A DNA stretch of 64,000 bases. It comes from Bacteroidota bacterium. Lineage in GTDB: Bacteria > Bacteroidota > Bacteroidia > NS11-12g > UBA955. How positions within the stretch are numbered: the stretch's first letter is position 1; each line of letters starts with the position of its first letter. The stretch is taken from positions 128,291 through 192,290 of the forward strand of contig JBEEMF010000086.1 in assembly GCA_041192805.1 (NCBI GenBank), in the 5' to 3' direction. This document shows positions 18,695 to 27,351 of this stretch, piece after piece. Both the position numbers and the translations under genes were made by a program. Under the pieces are notes generated by a model. The model was given only the letters and a program-made list of their open reading frames with translations. It ran no database searches and had not been told where the DNA came from.

Positions 18695-19351
18695 ATGCCT
18701 GGAATGATTGCACCCTCCATCCTATCCGCCGATTTCGGCAAGTTGTTCGATGAAATCGAAATGATCAACCAAAGTGAAGCCGATTGGTTTCATGTGGATG
18801 TAATGGATGGCGTTTTTGTACCCAACATTTCTTTTGGTTTCCCTGTGATGAAACCGCTGCAATCAAAAGCCACCAAGCCATTGGATGTGCATTTGATGAT
18901 TGTGGATCCCGATCGTTATACCAAAGCCTTTGCTGATGCTGGCGCTCATGTGTTAACCGTTCACGTTGAAGCTTGTACCCATCTTCATCGCACGCTAACC
19001 AACATCCGGAATCATGGCATGAAAGCAGGTGTCGCCATCAATCCTCATACCCCAGTTGAATCGATCAAGGAAGTACTTTATTTGTGCGATGTGGTTTGTC
19101 TGATGAGCGTCAACCCCGGATTTGGTGGTCAGTCATTTATCGAAAACACATACGCCAAAGTAAAAACACTCAAGTCAATGATAACTGCAGCAGGCACCAA
19201 CACCTTAATCGAAATTGATGGTGGTGTTTCCCTGAGCAATGCCAAAATGTTAACCGATGCAGGTGCTGACGTTTTGGTTGCTGGAAATACGGTTTTTGGC
19301 AGTGCTAACCCAACACAAACCATTACAGAACTCAAACAATTAATCAAATAA
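18695..19351 (+). CDS. rpe: ribulose-phosphate 3-epimerase
   Basis: 218 aa. Motifs IAPSILSADF, HVDVMDG.FVPNISFG, DVHLM, MSVNPGFGGQ.F and DGG. Confidence 0.93.
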   Translation: MPGMIAPSILSADFGKLFDEIEMINQSEADWFHVDVMDGVFVPNISFGFPVMKPLQSKATKPLDVHLMIVDPDRYTKAFADAGAHVLTVHVEACTHLHRTLTNIRNHGMKAGVAINPHTPVESIKEVLYLCDVVCLMSVNPGFGGQSFIENTYAKVKTLKSMITAAGTNTLIEIDGGVSLSNAKMLTDAGADVLVAGNTVFGSANPTQTITELKQLIK

Positions 19352-19379
19352 CGCAACCATTTCTGCGTTAGATACTTGC

Positions 19380-21887
19380 GTGAAAAAAATCCTGTCGCTT
19401 TTACTTCTCACCCTAATCGGTGTTGTGGCAAATGCCCAACAAGCGATTCAGCGAGGAAGAGTAATTCGGTATGCATCGCAAAATCAAAGTACTACCTCAT
19501 CCACTAGCCTTGCCAAAATCAAAATCCGCTTATCGGATGATTCGCAAATTGGAATTACTGATTCGGCCGGCTACTTCGCCCCTTCCGAAACCTTATTCCC
19601 AGGCGATCTCATTTTTGGATATCGCAATGGAGAAAAACTCTTTGGTTACAAATGGCTAAATCAAACCGATAGCAGCAGCAGAAAATCGAACCAAGAAATT
19701 GATTTACAAACAATTACACTGGGAAGCGGATTGGACCTGATTGCCGAAGTCAGAATTGGAATTTCACAAGGCGGACCCTTCTTGGAAGAAATCAAGCCCC
19801 AAAAATTGCAACTAAACCCCTCAATGGGCAATGGTATCGAATCGTTAATTAAAACATTCATCGGCGCTTCTTCGGGCAATGAAATGTCGAGCCAATACAC
19901 CGTGAGAGGCGGGAATTATGATGAAAATTTGATTTACGTCAACGACATTGAAATCCTTAGACCTCAATTGATTAGCAGCGGTCAGCAAGAAGGCCTTAGT
20001 TTTATCAATTCTGACCTAGTACAATCGGTAAAATTCAGTGCTGGAGGATTCGGTGCACAGTATGGCGATAAAATGAGCTCTGTTTTGGATGTCGATTATA
20101 TCCGGCCCGACTCTTTTAAAGGCAGTGCTACCGTGGGTACGATGCTCAGTAGCGCCACCATCAATGGAAAAAAGAACCGCTTTTCAGGCTTCTTGGGCAT
20201 ACGGAATTTCAACAACTCATTGCTAACCAAAACCTTGAATGTAAAAGGGAATTATTCTATGCGATTTAACGACCTGCAAACCCAGGTTACATATAAGGTT
20301 CATCGCAAACTTTACATTGATTTCTTAGGGAACCTAGCTAGTAACAATTACACCTTAAACCCCATCAGCCGAAGTACAACCTTTGGTACGATCCAAAATG
20401 CATATCAATTGGATGTGGGCATGGGCGGACAAGAATCACTCAAATATCTATACGGAATGGGGTCGATTACATTCAGGTATACCCCAAACGTTAGAAATGA
20501 ATTCAAATGGATAATAAATCACACTACCATTGAGGAGCAAGAGATTTTTGATGTGGAAGGATTGTATTATTTATCGCAATTGGATCGCGACATGGGTTCT
20601 AAAACCTATGGAAAACCTCTTAAAACACTGGGTTATGGATATTACATCGACCATGGCAGAAACCGAATGCTGTCCGGCGTGACGCAATTTGCGCACATCG
20701 GAAAAATTGGAAAGTCCACCGATGCATTTTCTTGGAATTACAGCGTTCGATTAAACAAAGAAAGTGTTTCAGATAAGATTGCTGAATGGTATTACAATGA
20801 TAGTGCGGGATACAACATAGCACCGTTTGGCAGAATGGAGGATAGTATTCTGTTTGATAACTATATTTTCGCCAAAAACACCTTGAATTCTTACCGTGGC
20901 AAAGCACATATCGCAGGCCAGTGGAGACTGAGTAAACGACAGCAAATTTGGCTCACTTCGGGCATTCGGACCCAATATTGGACGGTAAACCGTGAAATGC
21001 TGGTGATGCCTAGAATGAGCTTGAGTTGGGAACCCCATAAATCGTTCAATGAACGTCAGCGTTCAGATGCCGCCAAAAAACCCGATGTCCTATACAAATT
21101 AGCAATCGGCGCTTATCACCAACCAGGATTCTACAGAGAATTAAGAAACTTCGATGGCCAATTAAACCGTCAGTTATTAGCGCAAAAGAGTTGGCATCTT
21201 GTAACTGGATATGAGCGATATTTCTTCAATGGAGGTCGCAAATTTAAATACACGGCGGAGGCATACTACAAAGGGTATCAGGATTTGGTTCCCTACCTTT
21301 TCGACAATATTCGGATTCGATATTATGGCACCAATTCCGCTACAGGCTTTGCTTGGGGCGTTGACCAACGCATTTACGGAGAGTTCACCAAAGGATTAGA
21401 GAGTTGGTTTACGCTAGGCATCATGCAGACCAAAGAAAAAATCACATACAGCGATGAGGTGTCAGGCAATTCGGTTACCACGGATTATTTAAGACGTCCT
21501 ACCGACCGCAGAGTGAATTTGGGTGCGGTTTTTCAGGATCAAATGCCCAACAATCCGAGTTTGAGAGTGAATTTGACCATGAATATCGGAACAGGTATTC
21601 CCTATTATTTGGATGGTAAGGCCCGATATACCACAACGCCTAACACGATACCTCCATATCGTCGGGTTGACATAGGATTTAGTAAAATATTTGAACCTAA
21701 AAAGTACAAATGGGTAGGAAAAATGGGCATGAGCAATGCTTGGTTAAGCATCGACATTTTCAATTTGCTCGATATCAACAACGTAATCGGATATAGCTGG
21801 GTCAAAGACCTTCAAAACAACCGTTACGGCGTGCCGGATTATCTCACCGGAAGACGCATCAACATCAGACTTTACGGCAGCTTTTAA
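19380..21887 (+). CDS. TonB-dependent receptor-like outer membrane protein
   Basis: 835 aa with a GTG start. It has a signal peptide, a plug-like region (YTVRGGNYDENLIYVNDIEI), a long beta-rich body and a C-terminal aromatic residue (..RLYGSF). The substrate is unknown. Confidence 0.7.
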   Translation: MKKILSLLLLTLIGVVANAQQAIQRGRVIRYASQNQSTTSSTSLAKIKIRLSDDSQIGITDSAGYFAPSETLFPGDLIFGYRNGEKLFGYKWLNQTDSSSRKSNQEIDLQTITLGSGLDLIAEVRIGISQGGPFLEEIKPQKLQLNPSMGNGIESLIKTFIGASSGNEMSSQYTVRGGNYDENLIYVNDIEILRPQLISSGQQEGLSFINSDLVQSVKFSAGGFGAQYGDKMSSVLDVDYIRPDSFKGSATVGTMLSSATINGKKNRFSGFLGIRNFNNSLLTKTLNVKGNYSMRFNDLQTQVTYKVHRKLYIDFLGNLASNNYTLNPISRSTTFGTIQNAYQLDVGMGGQESLKYLYGMGSITFRYTPNVRNEFKWIINHTTIEEQEIFDVEGLYYLSQLDRDMGSKTYGKPLKTLGYGYYIDHGRNRMLSGVTQFAHIGKIGKSTDAFSWNYSVRLNKESVSDKIAEWYYNDSAGYNIAPFGRMEDSILFDNYIFAKNTLNSYRGKAHIAGQWRLSKRQQIWLTSGIRTQYWTVNREMLVMPRMSLSWEPHKSFNERQRSDAAKKPDVLYKLAIGAYHQPGFYRELRNFDGQLNRQLLAQKSWHLVTGYERYFFNGGRKFKYTAEAYYKGYQDLVPYLFDNIRIRYYGTNSATGFAWGVDQRIYGEFTKGLESWFTLGIMQTKEKITYSDEVSGNSVTTDYLRRPTDRRVNLGAVFQDQMPNNPSLRVNLTMNIGTGIPYYLDGKARYTTTPNTIPPYRRVDIGFSKIFEPKKYKWVGKMGMSNAWLSIDIFNLLDINNVIGYSWVKDLQNNRYGVPDYLTGRRINIRLYGSF

Positions 21888-24721
21888 TTGCCACCACCGA
21901 ATGGGACATTTCCACCGGGCGTAGGCGTAGCGCCACCGGAATTCCCTGTACCCGAAGGAGGACTTCCCGCACCGTTGTTCATCGATGCTTTTTCTTCCTC
22001 ACACTTGGCCAATCTCGCTTTTGCGTCGTTTAGTTGTGCCTGCGCTGATTTCAATTGAGATTGCAAAGAGTTTACTTCCGATGTTTTGGCGTTCAATTTG
22101 TCTTGCAAATCTTTTATAGCCAATGCCTTATCTTCCATCAATTTTTGACATTCATCCAAACTCTTTCTGCCCGCATCCACTTCCCCATTCAACTCGGTGA
22201 TGGTCAATTTCAATTTGGCGATCTCTGATTTCAGCGCATCCATTAAAGCCATCATATCGGTTGAGCTAGAATTACTACCCGCAGTGGCTAATTTGTCCTC
22301 ACAGGCTTTTAAATCAGCTTTCATCTGTTTTAGAGACTTCTGACAATCTTGGTATTCCGCCATCAATACATCGTAGGCATTTTTCTTAGATTCCAAATCC
22401 ACCAATGCTTGATTTAGAGAATCGCGCGTTTTGATGCAATCATTTCCAGTTGATGCATTTTTTATGGCGATTTCCAATTCGCTGATGCGTTTTTTGGCCG
22501 CTTCTAAATCCGACAATGCTTTGTCTAATTGATCTTTAGGAATGCATAATTTCAACTTGGCTTCCAATTCTTTTGTTTTTGCTTGTTCCGCAGTCAACTG
22601 CTGTTTGATGTCGGCCACGGATTTCTTCAAAACCTCTAGTTCCGCCGTCAATCCAGCAGATTTGGTTCTCTCCGCCGCCAATAGTTGCTCTAACTGAGCA
22701 ATCTTATTCTTGTATGGGGTGCAATCCTCAGTTATTGCCACAGATTTAAGCTGATCTTCCAATCGCTTTTTCTCCGCATTTAATAGGTCAATTTGCTTTT
22801 TCGCATCCGCCAAAGCATTTTCATTTTTCAATCGTTCATTTTCGAAACGGACCCGATCTAGTTCCAATCGGATTCTATCATCTTCTGCCTTCAACCGATC
22901 GTAATCACCTTTCCATTTAACGAGATCAGTTTCACAATTCTTGGCCTTGTTACTTGCTTCAACCTCTTTCAACTGAATGTCGGCAAGTTGCTTTTTCAAT
23001 GCTTCTTCCCTATTCTTACAGTCATTCAAAGCCTTTTGAGAGGCAGGATTAATGGGTGTTGGGATATTTTTATTCACCACAATTGTATCGCGTTTTACTA
23101 CAGTTTTTATTTCTGTCTTGATAATGGTATCGCGGACGATTTTTATCACAGTATCACGAACGATCCTGATCACAGTATCACCAACAAATCTCTCTGTAAC
23201 TTCCACCGGAGGAGCTATACTATCATTATTGATTTCCTCTTCGTCGTATTCGTCGGTGTAACGATGACAGTCGCCAATTTTTGACCTGAACCCAATATAA
23301 AAACTAGCCCCTTGCGTCCCTGTATTTCTCATGAAATTACCCAATCCCCAAAGGTTGTTACTTCCGATAATAACTGGACCAAATCGCACAAAACCACCCA
23401 CTTGCACTTCCGTATAGTCGTTGGCTATGCTAATAGGCATGCCGTATTCGAATCTCTCCCCTTGAAATCTAGGCACGAAGCTCAGAGAGGACGAACGTCG
23501 AAGACCAGGCATATCCACCGGTTTTAAACTATGCACCAAATAACCACCCAAGTGCCATTTGCCGGAGCGAATATCCATTTGCATATTGAATGCCATGGGC
23601 GTGTAAGTGGTAAATGAACGAAGCGGATTAGCGCCCACTTTCTCTGCTGCCGTTCCAATTTGATCAAATGCATTGGGGCTATGATTCACACTGTTAACAC
23701 CGTATATCTGTCCAATTGCAAATGCTGAATCCATTTTATATATACCATTGGTTACACCCATCTGGTAGCGAGTGCCATCATGAGAGATGAAACCAACATC
23801 GGTTAAACTCGCGCCAAATTTGACTTTATAGGTACGCTGTAATTCACGTTCACAGCCCGTAAATGACCTCAAATCCAGCTTCATTCCCGGTCTGATCTCG
23901 TACATAAATCCTAAATCAAAACCCGCACCTACTCCAGACATCGAACCAAATTTTAATCCCAATGGCGCATTCATTGTACTGGATGCAGATTGAGCATCGG
24001 TAAACATATAAGCACCATACAATTGATTGACCTGTAAATCATTGTTTCCTTTGTATTGCAAGTCCAAACTACTCGCACTCAAATGTGCAGCGCCCATTCC
24101 TATTAATAATTTTGTGGTCGCACCCCACTTAAATGCAGAGGCCCCTTTTCTAGCATTTGCATCGCCGGCATACGAACCAAATGAGAAAAAATATTCTTGG
24201 TATTTATCGGTGTTAAACGCAAATGGTGTTTGATTTTTGATGGTTCCGCCTATTTTCTTGTCCCATTCCGACCTGCCGTATCGTAAAATATTCCCTAAAT
24301 CTGGATTTACCCCCTGGAAATTGAAACCTGAAACCCCTTTTATTCCTAATCCAAAACCCACTTTATTGTCGGCCATAAAGAACATCGACGGACCATAGGT
24401 CTCATTCAAATAATTCAAGCTCCAATTCTGATTTTCAGATTTTGGCATCCAAGACTGATCCATGCGTAAACTGCTCGATTCACGTTTCCATGAATTTGCA
24501 AAACTGCTTTGAGCATCCAACGACGTACCCCACCAGTTTACATAAACCCTCTTAGAATAGTTCGATGCAACATTCGCTGGATTCATAAACACCGAATAAG
24601 GCGTATTCAAATCACCCACTACCAAACCCAAAGGTTGCTGAGCAAAGAGATGACCCGCGCAAGAAAAAATTAATGCGAAAATGGCTGTTTTAAAGCGGTT
24701 GAAATTAATGATAGTTTTCAT
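21884..24721 (-). CDS. chimeric protein: OM beta-barrel-like N-terminal half + Cys-punctuated coiled coil + Gly/Pro tail
   Basis: 945 aa with a signal peptide. Residues 1-480 are Gly/aromatic-rich with alternating beta-like segments, like porins. Residues 515-549 are octapeptide repeats. Residues 560-912 are heptad-like and K/E/L/A/Q-rich. Residues 913-945 read NGAGSPPSGTGNSGGATPTPGGNVPFGGGN. See findings. Confidence 0.6.
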   Translation of the reverse strand: MKTIINFNRFKTAIFALIFSCAGHLFAQQPLGLVVGDLNTPYSVFMNPANVASNYSKRVYVNWWGTSLDAQSSFANSWKRESSSLRMDQSWMPKSENQNWSLNYLNETYGPSMFFMADNKVGFGLGIKGVSGFNFQGVNPDLGNILRYGRSEWDKKIGGTIKNQTPFAFNTDKYQEYFFSFGSYAGDANARKGASAFKWGATTKLLIGMGAAHLSASSLDLQYKGNNDLQVNQLYGAYMFTDAQSASSTMNAPLGLKFGSMSGVGAGFDLGFMYEIRPGMKLDLRSFTGCERELQRTYKVKFGASLTDVGFISHDGTRYQMGVTNGIYKMDSAFAIGQIYGVNSVNHSPNAFDQIGTAAEKVGANPLRSFTTYTPMAFNMQMDIRSGKWHLGGYLVHSLKPVDMPGLRRSSSLSFVPRFQGERFEYGMPISIANDYTEVQVGGFVRFGPVIIGSNNLWGLGNFMRNTGTQGASFYIGFRSKIGDCHRYTDEYDEEEINNDSIAPPVEVTERFVGDTVIRIVRDTVIKIVRDTIIKTEIKTVVKRDTIVVNKNIPTPINPASQKALNDCKNREEALKKQLADIQLKEVEASNKAKNCETDLVKWKGDYDRLKAEDDRIRLELDRVRFENERLKNENALADAKKQIDLLNAEKKRLEDQLKSVAITEDCTPYKNKIAQLEQLLAAERTKSAGLTAELEVLKKSVADIKQQLTAEQAKTKELEAKLKLCIPKDQLDKALSDLEAAKKRISELEIAIKNASTGNDCIKTRDSLNQALVDLESKKNAYDVLMAEYQDCQKSLKQMKADLKACEDKLATAGSNSSSTDMMALMDALKSEIAKLKLTITELNGEVDAGRKSLDECQKLMEDKALAIKDLQDKLNAKTSEVNSLQSQLKSAQAQLNDAKARLAKCEEEKASMNNGAGSPPSGTGNSGGATPTPGGNVPFGGGN

Positions 24722-24734
24722 TTATGGGAAAAAC

Positions 24735-24742
24735 CAAAGTTA
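24735..24742 (-). promoter_or_regulatory. candidate -7 box (TAACTTTG on minus strand)
   Basis: Exact TAnnTTTG match, 13 nt upstream of the ATG at 24721. Confidence 0.4.
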
Positions 24743-24845
24743 TGTCAATGATTGTAAAATGCCTATCTAACCAATATTATACCAATTTTCATCCCCCCAA
24801 TGATTCAATTTGACGAATGATGTAAATAAACTGTGAAGCGTATCT

Positions 24846-24853
24846 TAAATTTG
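24846..24853 (+). promoter_or_regulatory. candidate -7 box (TAAATTTG)
   Basis: Exact TAnnTTTG match, 11 nt upstream of the sppA ATG (24865). Confidence 0.4.
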
Positions 24854-24864
24854 AGACCCTTACT

Positions 24865-26634
24865 ATGAAAAAGTTTCTCAAGTATTTTATTACCCTGTTG
24901 AGCGGATTTGCTCTAGGCATCATTTCAATTGCTTTGGTATTTGGCATTTTCATCTCTGGACTCACCTCTCAAATTGGTAATTCAAAGGAAGAAGAATTGT
25001 CTGAATCAACCATCCTAAATCTAACTTTAGGTACAGAAGTCACTGAACGAAGCACCTCTAACCCACTAGATGAAATCATTTCTGCTGCCAGCAATGAATC
25101 ACCTGCATTGGGGCTCGACGATATAATCAACGGACTTAAGAAGGCTAGCAAAGACAGCCAAGTGAAAGGCATTTATTTGGATTGCGGTAGTTATGGCGGC
25201 GGAATGGCCACGGCGGAGGAGATTAGAAATGCTATTTTGTTATTTAGAAAGGCGGGTAAATCTGTTGTGGCTTACAGCGGATTGTATTCCGAATTGGGCT
25301 ATTACATTGCATCGGCTTGCGATAAGGTTATTTTAAACCCTAGAGGATTTCTTGAAGTGGATGGGATATCAGCCAAATTTGTCATGTACAAAGGCCTGTT
25401 CGACAAATTAGGGGTTGATTTTCAGGTTTTTCGCGTTGGCAAATTCAAATCGGCGGTAGAACCTTTCATTCAAAAGGAAATGTCCGAAGCCAATCGCGAA
25501 CAAGTCACAGCCTACATCACATCGTTGTACAAATTTCAAATCAAAAACATCGCATCAAGTAGAAATTTGCAAATGGATTCTGTTTGGCAAATCGCGATGC
25601 AATCCAAGGCGCAATTACCCAAAGACGCAAAATCATTGGGCTTGGTTGATGCCTTAGAGTATGAAACAGAAGCAAAGAGCATCGCGGCCAAAGAGGCTAA
25701 AATGAGACCGGAAACAGCCCATTGGTTCGATTTTGCGAAATATGCAAAAGACGCCGACCCCTATGCTTATAGTGAGAATAAAATTGCAGTGATTTATGCC
25801 GTGGGTGAAATCATGCCAGGAAAACAGAATCCAAATGAGCAGATTGGTAGCAAAACCTTTATCACACAGTTACATAAAGCCCAAAAAGATGAAAGTATCA
25901 AAGCCATCGTAATTCGTATAAACTCTCCAGGTGGAAGCGCGTTTGCGAGTGATGAAATGGCCCATGAAATCATTGCCTGTAAAAAAGTAAAACCCGTGAT
26001 CGTTTCTTTTGGCGATGTTTCTGCTAGCGGCGGTTACTACATGGGTTGTGTGGCAGATAGTATTTTCGCCTTACCCAATACAATTACGGGATCCATTGGC
26101 GTATTTGCCTTGTTACCAAACACAGAAAAACTTTTCGGCAATACCATGGGACTCAATTATCAAACGGTAGAATTGGGTGAATTGTCGGCTGGATGGCGCC
26201 CTGACAGAGCCTTAAGCCCTAAAGAACAAGAAAAAATGCAGTTGATGGTCAATAGCATCTACGATGATTTTATCACCACTGTTGCCAACGGAAGAAAATT
26301 AACCAAAGGGAGAGTTTCTGAATTGGCCGAAGGTCGCGTCTATACTGCCGAAGATGCACTACCATTGGGATTGATTGATGGGCTTGGTGGGATAGACAGG
26401 GCCATTACATCGGCTGCAAGGAAAGCACAAATCAAGGAATACAGAGTGGTTAAATTCCCTGAAAATGAAGATTGGTTGAGTCAAATTTTACAAGCCGATG
26501 AGGTGAGTAAAGCAAAATTCAGAGCACTAGCCAAGACCACCGGAATTGATCTAAAGACTTTGCAACAAATCGATCAGATTCAGTACCTCCGAGGACCCCA
26601 ATACCTCCTACCTTGGTCGGTAAAAATGCATTGA
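24865..26634 (+). CDS. sppA: signal peptide peptidase SppA, 67K type
   Basis: 589 aa. An N-terminal TM anchor and two tandem ClpP/crotonase-like domains. The second carries INSPGGSA and GDVSASGGYY (catalytic Ser context). Confidence 0.9.
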   Translation: MKKFLKYFITLLSGFALGIISIALVFGIFISGLTSQIGNSKEEELSESTILNLTLGTEVTERSTSNPLDEIISAASNESPALGLDDIINGLKKASKDSQVKGIYLDCGSYGGGMATAEEIRNAILLFRKAGKSVVAYSGLYSELGYYIASACDKVILNPRGFLEVDGISAKFVMYKGLFDKLGVDFQVFRVGKFKSAVEPFIQKEMSEANREQVTAYITSLYKFQIKNIASSRNLQMDSVWQIAMQSKAQLPKDAKSLGLVDALEYETEAKSIAAKEAKMRPETAHWFDFAKYAKDADPYAYSENKIAVIYAVGEIMPGKQNPNEQIGSKTFITQLHKAQKDESIKAIVIRINSPGGSAFASDEMAHEIIACKKVKPVIVSFGDVSASGGYYMGCVADSIFALPNTITGSIGVFALLPNTEKLFGNTMGLNYQTVELGELSAGWRPDRALSPKEQEKMQLMVNSIYDDFITTVANGRKLTKGRVSELAEGRVYTAEDALPLGLIDGLGGIDRAITSAARKAQIKEYRVVKFPENEDWLSQILQADEVSKAKFRALAKTTGIDLKTLQQIDQIQYLRGPQYLLPWSVKMH

Positions 26635-26665
26635 TCATCGATTGCTGCTAAAATTCCGCCCACCA

Positions 26666-26695
26666 TGGAAACTTAAAACACAGAAATAGTTTCCA
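26666..26695. promoter_or_regulatory. inverted repeat TGGAAACT-N14-AGTTTCCA (candidate TetR operator and/or sppA terminator hairpin)
   Basis: Perfect 8-bp arms at 26666-26673 and 26688-26695. It lies 31 nt after the sppA stop and 17 nt upstream of the -7 box of the TetR gene, where a -33 element would sit. Confidence 0.35.
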
Positions 26696-26712
26696 AAGCG
26701 AATTTTAATTCT

Positions 26713-26720
26713 TAATTTTG
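26713..26720 (+). promoter_or_regulatory. candidate -7 box (TAATTTTG)
   Basis: Exact TAnnTTTG match, 9 nt upstream of the ATG at 26730. Confidence 0.4.
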
Positions 26721-26729
26721 CGCCATATT

Positions 26730-27350
26730 ATGGAATTGGTGCACAAAGTTCAACTTACAGCAGAGCGATTATTCAGTCGTTTCGGTGTAAAAAGTGTCAC
26801 CATGGACGATGTCGCCAAGGAAATCTCCATATCCAAAAAGACATTATACAAGTGCTTTAGGGACAAAGAAAGCTTGGTTATGTGCACAATCGAATCGCAC
26901 ATGCAGGAAACGGAGCAAGCCATTAGCAACATTATAGCTGTTGAGGAAAATCCCATTTATCAATTGTACAAAATCACCCAGTACATAATCAGCAATCAAC
27001 GTCGTTTCAGCCCTAGCATGATGTACGACCTAAAAAAGTATCATCCCAACAGCTTTCAGATTTTCGAAAAGCATAGAAGCAGTCACATCGTAAATCACAT
27101 CAAACAGAACATCGAACTCGGAAGAAACACCGGACACTACCGAAACAATTTTGATGCCCTTGTCATTGCTCATAGTTTCTCGATGCTTTCGTTCAGTGTA
27201 TTCGAGAGTTTGGAGCTGAATAACTTAGAAATTCCTCAAAATGATTTAGTCATAGAAATTATCCGATACCATTTACGCGGAATTTCCACATCAGAAGGAT
27301 TAAAAATTGTAGATGAAATCGATTGGACAAACAAACCACAGAAAAATTAA
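26730..27350 (+). CDS. TetR/AcrR family transcriptional regulator
   Basis: ORF 26718..27350 (TTG), with the ATG at 26730 preferred. The N-terminal HTH reads AERLFSRFGVKSVTMDDVAKEISISKKTLYKCF. It is the first gene of the efflux operon. Confidence 0.85.
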   Translation: MELVHKVQLTAERLFSRFGVKSVTMDDVAKEISISKKTLYKCFRDKESLVMCTIESHMQETEQAISNIIAVEENPIYQLYKITQYIISNQRRFSPSMMYDLKKYHPNSFQIFEKHRSSHIVNHIKQNIELGRNTGHYRNNFDALVIAHSFSMLSFSVFESLELNNLEIPQNDLVIEIIRYHLRGISTSEGLKIVDEIDWTNKPQKN

Positions 27351-27351
27351 C

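Noticed and set aside
19349-19370. Hairpin TAACGCA-N8-TGCGTTA overlapping the rpe stop codon, just upstream of the TonB-receptor-like GTG.
   Set aside because: The 7-bp stem has no U-tract. It could be a weak terminator or pure chance, and there is not enough evidence for a regulatory call.
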